Positions 59,280-64,000 of a DNA stretch of 64,000 bases are shown here, in pieces. Below the pieces are notes generated by a model. The model saw only the letters and a program-made list of their open reading frames with translations. It ran no database searches and was not told where the DNA came from. The DNA lies in assembly GCA_963665845.2 (NCBI GenBank), contig OY762492.1, positions 1,952,001-2,016,000 on the forward strand. The letters are read 5' to 3'. Each line of letters starts with the position of its first letter. Position 1 is the stretch's first letter. The DNA comes from Candidatus Poribacteria bacterium (GTDB lineage Bacteria; Poribacteria; WGA-4E; GCA-2687025). The position numbers and the translations under genes are program-made.

Positions 59280-60679
59280 TGCGCCGCGCCTTTCCGGTCA
59301 AAAATTGCCATCTGCGTCGGCGGACCGAGTTCGGCGTCCGGTTCCCCGACAGGGCGCGTCTGGACGCTGTATCCGTACTGTTCAGCGGCGTTGTTGATCC
59401 ATGCCTGAAACTCCGCCCGCGTCCACTCGAATCGGTGATCGGTATGGCGCAGCTTGCCGGGCGGGAGCGTTTCAAAAAGGACGTTGTATTCGCGGTTCGG
59501 CGTTGTGATGACAAGACGCCTCGGCTGCGCCTTTTGAAACAGCGCCATCTCCAGCGCCTTCAGCCTTGGCGGGTCGATATGCTCAATCACTTCGATGAGG
59601 GCGGCGGCGTCGAAACCGTTTAAGCGGCGGTCTTCGTAGGTGAGCGCGGTGTGAATCAGCTGAATCCGTTCGCGGCTTTGCGACTGGCGGTCTAAACGGA
59701 GCCTGCGATGGGCGCGTCCAAGGGCGACTGTGGAGATGTCCGCGCCGACGATCTTCACAAACTGCTTCTCTTTACGAAGCCGCGCCAGCAGCTTTCCGTC
59801 GCCGCAGCCCAGGTCGAGTACGGTTGCCGCGCCGTTCTCTTTTAAAGCTTCCGCCGCGGCGTTCAAGCGTATTTCGTTCAGGCGAACCTTCCTCTCCAGG
59901 GTGCCTTCCCGCGCGGCGCCATGCTCCTCCGTTTCCACCGCTTCGGAGGCGTCTTCGCGCATTCGCGCCAGGGCGGCGCGCACCAGCGGGCGATGCCGCC
60001 GCAAATACCTCTCCGCAATCATCTGCCGCTCTGGATGGTTTTCAAGCCAGTCGCCGCCACGTTTCAGCAGCTTGACCACCTCGTCGTCGCCGACATAATA
60101 ATGTTTCTCATCGTCCAGAACCGGTATCAGCACATAGAGATGCGTCAGCAGATCATGAAGCGGGCGCGTCGTTTTAAAAAGGGCGGTGAAATACTTTGAA
60201 TCGCCCCAGTCGGCGAATTGGGGATCAAGCGGAAGCCGCTCCGTTTCCAGCTCATACCCTAGCGGTTCAAAAAGTCGGCGCAGTACCGTTTCCCCGCCTC
60301 TGCAGGGAAGGGCGGAGAGGCGCGCCTCTAGACGCATCGGCGCGTCAACGCGGTCGGGGCGCGCGTCGCACCGGGCGGACATTGCCGTCCCAAAGACGCG
60401 CGCCAGCGCGACGCTCAAAAAGGAGGAGGCGGCATACGGGCGGTCGTTCACATAGTCAAACAGCGTCCAGCTGGCGCCGCGCCGCCGCCTCCTCGCCAGT
60501 TCCACCGCGTCGATCTCCAGCAGCAGCGCCGCCTCGCAGCGCGTATCGCTCCATGTCGGATAGAACACATGCGCATTTCCAAATTTGAGCGAAAACTCCT
60601 GCGCCCTGCCGGGATGCTTATGCAGCAGATAGCTCAAGTCTTCAGCATGCGGGCCGTCGGCGGCGATGGTCAGCAGCAT
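59276..60679 (-). CDS. hen1: 3'-terminal RNA ribose 2'-O-methyltransferase Hen1
   Basis: YLLHKHP; YVNDRPYAASS; PVLDDEKHY; DLGCGDG; EVIEH; TTPN; RHTDHRFEW. Confidence 0.95.
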   Translation of the reverse strand: MLLTIAADGPHAEDLSYLLHKHPGRAQEFSLKFGNAHVFYPTWSDTRCEAALLLEIDAVELARRRRRGASWTLFDYVNDRPYAASSFLSVALARVFGTAMSARCDARPDRVDAPMRLEARLSALPCRGGETVLRRLFEPLGYELETERLPLDPQFADWGDSKYFTALFKTTRPLHDLLTHLYVLIPVLDDEKHYYVGDDEVVKLLKRGGDWLENHPERQMIAERYLRRHRPLVRAALARMREDASEAVETEEHGAAREGTLERKVRLNEIRLNAAAEALKENGAATVLDLGCGDGKLLARLRKEKQFVKIVGADISTVALGRAHRRLRLDRQSQSRERIQLIHTALTYEDRRLNGFDAAALIEVIEHIDPPRLKALEMALFQKAQPRRLVITTPNREYNVLFETLPPGKLRHTDHRFEWTRAEFQAWINNAAEQYGYSVQTRPVGEPDAELGPPTQMAIFDRKGAAQ

Positions 60680-60687
60680 CGGGCGGC

Positions 60688-62505
60688 TTAACGTTCGCCG
60701 CGTTCAAAATACCGCTTGACGGCGTTTTTATGCCTCGGCAGCAGCTGATGTTTATTCGAGGAGCCGCCGCCCGCTTTGGAGCCGCTCAACACATCAACGC
60801 TTTTCTCCGGCGCCTCGTCGTTCACCATCGGGGCGGAGGAGCTGACCTGGAGCGTTTCGCCGCTGTCCGGCGAGGCGATTTTGGAGAGCGGGAGCGTCTC
60901 CGCGTTGAACTTTGCGTTCTCTTCGGAGGCGGGGTCTTTCCATGTCAACGGGGCGGCGCCCGGACCTCGGTTGATTCCGTACTGCCCTGGTCCCTGATTC
61001 TGCATCCCCGCCATGAGCGATTGGATGGAGCCGCTGTTTCCGCTGCTTCGGCATTCGCTCAAAAACTTTGCCAGCCCTGCGCTGTTGCATTGTCCCAGCT
61101 GTTCGCATTTTTGGAGCGAATCCATCGGTATGAGACCCGCCTCATTCATCTTTGCCAACCGCTCGGACAGCTTGCCTTTCGCTTGGCGCAGCGCGTCGGC
61201 AAGCGAAGCCAGCTGCTCCGGCGACAGCGACTTGGCGCCGTCTTGCGAGAGCGCCTTGCGGAGAGCGTTTGCCAACGCTTCCTGCTGCTCCTTGCTAAGG
61301 CCGTTCTGCCCATTCTGTCCATTCTGCCCGTTCGATTGCGCGGCGTTTTGGTTCATGATGTTTTTCATGGCGCTCATGAGCGATGGGTTGTTCAGCGCGT
61401 TTTCCAGAGCCTTGTTTAAAGCGTTCGCCGTTTCTGGATTGCTGAGCGCGTTTTGCAGAGCCTTGCTTAAAGAGTTTGCCGTTTCTGGATTGTTGAGCGC
61501 GCCTTTCATTGCCTTGCTTAAAGCGTCCGCCAGCGCCGATTTGTCGCCGGCGCCTTCCATCGCCTTGCTTAAAGCGTCTGCGAGGGACGGATCGTTCAGC
61601 GCCTTTTCCAGCGCCTCGGTCAAGGCGTTCGAAAGGGCGGGATTGTTCAGCGCGTCTTCTAGATTCTTGCTCAAGGCGTCCGCCAGCTGCTCATTCTCCT
61701 GCGCCGCCTTGCCGACCATCTCGGACAGCGCCGACATCGCCTCCGCCAGCAGCGATTCGTCCATCATGCCGCTTTCATGAAGAAGCGATTCGGCAAGCGA
61801 TTCGGCGTTGGCAAGGTCTTCGGTTTGCGTTAGCGCCTCTTCGGCGGCTTCTTCGGCGGTCTGTTTCAGCTCTTTTTCAACATGGTCAAGCGCTTCCCAG
61901 GTTTTGGCGGGGTCTTCGCCGGTCGCTTCCTCTTCGAGGCGGTCCAGCTCTTGCTCCAGCTCCTCCACCTTTTCGATCTCAATCTTCTCCTCTTTCAGCG
62001 CGTCGATGCCTTTGGAGAGCTGATCCGTCTCGGCGCTGATGTCAAGCGGTCGGGCGCGCGTCGCGTCCACATACCGCTGCGGGATCAGCAGGCTTGTCAA
62101 AACAAACAGCGCCGCGCCGAGCAGACGCAGAGACGATTTGCCGCTGCGCCACTGAAGCTTGGTCGGCTGCGCCTGCGGCATTTGGTACGCCCAGGCGCCC
62201 AGGTCAACGCTCTCTTCCGCCATGAGAAGCCCGCCCATTTTGCTGCGCCGGTCAATGGCGGCGCGGAAGGCGCTCTTGCTTGGAAGTTGGCGGCGCGCCC
62301 AGTATCCTGCGACAAGGGCGGCGGCGGCAAGTCCAGCGATCCCCCACCAGATGGACGGACGCGGCTGCCCAAACGCGGCGCGCAGCAGAATGACCGCCGT
62401 TCCCCATATCAAGCCCCACACGGCGGCGAGCAATGCCGCGCGTTTGAAAAAAAGCAGCAGGGCGGTTTTGCGTCTCAGTTTGTCGATGGAGGTTCGGCGT
62501 TTCAT
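60688..62505 (-). CDS. Membrane-anchored coiled-coil protein with internal 17-aa repeats
   Basis: Three TM segments; ALxxP repeats; GINRGPGAAPLTW; ends LPRHKNAVKRYF. Confidence 0.82.
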   Translation of the reverse strand: MKRRTSIDKLRRKTALLLFFKRAALLAAVWGLIWGTAVILLRAAFGQPRPSIWWGIAGLAAAALVAGYWARRQLPSKSAFRAAIDRRSKMGGLLMAEESVDLGAWAYQMPQAQPTKLQWRSGKSSLRLLGAALFVLTSLLIPQRYVDATRARPLDISAETDQLSKGIDALKEEKIEIEKVEELEQELDRLEEEATGEDPAKTWEALDHVEKELKQTAEEAAEEALTQTEDLANAESLAESLLHESGMMDESLLAEAMSALSEMVGKAAQENEQLADALSKNLEDALNNPALSNALTEALEKALNDPSLADALSKAMEGAGDKSALADALSKAMKGALNNPETANSLSKALQNALSNPETANALNKALENALNNPSLMSAMKNIMNQNAAQSNGQNGQNGQNGLSKEQQEALANALRKALSQDGAKSLSPEQLASLADALRQAKGKLSERLAKMNEAGLIPMDSLQKCEQLGQCNSAGLAKFLSECRSSGNSGSIQSLMAGMQNQGPGQYGINRGPGAAPLTWKDPASEENAKFNAETLPLSKIASPDSGETLQVSSSAPMVNDEAPEKSVDVLSGSKAGGGSSNKHQLLPRHKNAVKRYFERGER

Positions 62506-62545
62506 TGGGCTATCCTCTCGCGGCTTCTATGTATGGCATATCTTT

Positions 62546-62574
62546 AGTTTAACGTACAGAATCGAACGGCGCAA
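62546..62574 (-). promoter_or_regulatory. Sigma70-like promoter of the coiled-coil/Hen1/Pnkp/MoxR operon
   Basis: TTGCGC-17 nt-TAAACT. Confidence 0.6.
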
Positions 62575-62583
62575 ACCGAATTT

Positions 62584-62822
62584 CTGATCTTACGTCTTAG
62601 TTGGGACATGTCGGCGGGTGGACGCGGACGTCGTCTGCGGCGCCTAAGATTCCCGCTTGCGCGGGAATGACGGCATGGGAGGGCGCGGGAATGACGGCAT
62701 GGGAGGGCGCGGGAATGACGGCATGGGAGGGCGCGGGAATGACGGCATGGGAGGGCGCGGGAATGACGGCATGGGAGGACGCGGATCGTTCCCCCCTTGA
62801 AAAGGGGGGCTAGGGGGGTTTA
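62584..62822. mobile_element. MITE-like end, REP, 24-bp tandem repeat (5 copies) and CCCCCCTTGAAAAGGGGGG hairpin
   Basis: CTGATCTTACGTCTTAGTTGGGACAT; unit GCGGGAATGACGGCATGGGAGGGC at 62661-62780. Confidence 0.82.
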
Positions 62823-62895
62823 AGGCGTGGACAACGGCGACATAAGAGCGCGCCGCTCTTAACGTACACCGCCTTCCGGTGTAGACTATAGACAA

Positions 62896-63576
62896 ATGAA
62901 ATACAGCGAGATCTTTTACTCCATTCAAGGCGAAGGCGCGTTGGCGGGCGTCCCGAGCGTCTTTTTTAGAACCAGTTACTGCAACCTGCGCTGCGTCTGG
63001 TGCGACACGCCGTACACCAGCTGGGAACCCGAAAACAGGGACATCACTGTAGAAGAAGCGGCGGAAGCGATCCTGCGCTACAACTGCCCCCATGCCGTCA
63101 TCACAGGCGGAGAGCCGACGATACAGGCGGACGAGTTGACGAAGCTGTGCGCCGCGCTGACCGCCGCCGGCATGCATATCACCATCGAAACGAACGGAAC
63201 CGTCTATGTTCCCGTTCAGGCGGATCTGATCTCCATCAGCCCGAAGCTGTCGAATTCAAACCCGCCGCCTGAAAACCGCGCCTTTCGATTTCACGAAGCA
63301 AAGCGGGTCAACCTGACCGTCATCCGCCAATATCTGCAGAGCCATGCGTGCCAGGTGAAGTTTGTTGTGGACGCGCCGTCCGATCTGGCGGAGATTGAGC
63401 GCATTGTCAAAGAGGCGGAGATACCGCCCTCTCAAACGCTCCTGATGCCGCAGGGCGTTTCAACCGACGAAATAAAGCCCAAAATGCGCCAGCTTGCTGA
63501 AATCTGCCGGCAGAAAGGTTACCGCCTCTCGCCGCGCCTTCATGTGGACATCTGGGGCGATCGGAGGGGCGTATGA
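62896..63576 (+). CDS. queE: 7-carboxy-7-deazaguanine synthase (radical SAM)
   Basis: [10 protein letters not shown]; [10 protein letters not shown]; TGGEP; ETNGT; SPK. Confidence 0.95.
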   Translation: MKYSEIFYSIQGEGALAGVPSVFFRTSYCNLRCVWCDTPYTSWEPENRDITVEEAAEAILRYNCPHAVITGGEPTIQADELTKLCAALTAAGMHITIETNGTVYVPVQADLISISPKLSNSNPPPENRAFRFHEAKRVNLTVIRQYLQSHACQVKFVVDAPSDLAEIERIVKEAEIPPSQTLLMPQGVSTDEIKPKMRQLAEICRQKGYRLSPRLHVDIWGDRRGV

Positions 63577-64000
63577 GCGCGGCAAAGCGCGCCGTCGTCC
63601 TGTTGAGCGGGGGGTTGGATTCCGCTGTCGCGCTTGCCGACGCGCTTCATAACGGGTATGAATGCGCCGCTCTTGCGGTTCGGTATGGACAGCGGCATGC
63701 GGCGGAATTGAAAGCGGCGCGCCGCGTCGCCCGTTCCCTCGGCGTTCCGTTCAAGGCGGTACGAATCGATCTGCGCGTCTTCGGCGGCTCCGCGCTCACC
63801 GACCGCATTGATGTGCCGAAGGGGCGCTCGCCGCGCGACATGGAACGCGGCATTCCGATCACCTACGTTCCCGCGCGCAACACGATCTTTCTCGCCCTTG
63901 CGCTGGGTTACGCCGAAACGATCGGCGCCGCCGACATCTTTATCGGCGTCAACGCGCTTGACTATTCAGGCTACCCCGATTGCCGGCCGGAGTATATCGC
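63573..64000 (+). CDS. queC: 7-cyano-7-deazaguanine synthase (partial)
   Basis: Manual translation: LLSGGLDS; YGQRH; GGSALTD; [10 protein letters not shown]; [10 protein letters not shown]. Confidence 0.93.
   Translation, partial: MSAAKRAVVLLSGGLDSAVALADALHNGYECAALAVRYGQRHAAELKAARRVARSLGVPFKAVRIDLRVFGGSALTDRIDVPKGRSPRDMERGIPITYVPARNTIFLALALGYAETIGAADIFIGVNALDYSGYPDCRPEYI

Noticed and set aside
62661-62780. CRISPR-like array or repeat-peptide ORFs (MTAWEGAG, PPMPSFPR)
   Set aside because: Perfect 24-bp tandem repeat; the ORFs are artefacts of a repeat length divisible by three
62896-64000. Dpd-type 7-deazaguanine DNA modification system
   Set aside because: Only queE and queC are visible with no dpdA-like gene in the window; ordinary queuosine biosynthesis is the simpler reading

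Overview
GC-rich bacterial chromosomal window with about 50 protein-coding genes and no rRNA, tRNA or CRISPR array that I can recognise. Housekeeping genes include purU, lysA, dapF, rpsU, argF, nadA, lon, tyrS, queE and partial queC. The short C-terminal motif SVDPxGKxxxxWGx(I/L)K on secreted proteins, together with the sulfatase, PhyH, CRTAC1 and PD40 genes, resembles Candidatus Poribacteria; this taxonomy is an inference. Accessory features are three DNA methyltransferase loci (MTase plus a triple-HRDC gene, an MTase-HNH fusion, and a type IIG-like enzyme), a Hen1-Pnkp RNA-repair pair embedded in a MoxR/VWA operon, and a stand-alone duplicate of the Lon N-terminal domain with its own promoter. 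Intergenic space holds about 20 CGTC-type REP hairpins, many inside a MITE-like element with a 27-bp terminus (CTGACCTCACGTCTTAAGTTGGGACAT). The most striking signal is that this terminus repeatedly sits 9-11 nt upstream of a sigma70 -35 hexamer. REP clusters also coincide with local tandem duplications, including a fourfold duplication of a gene start.
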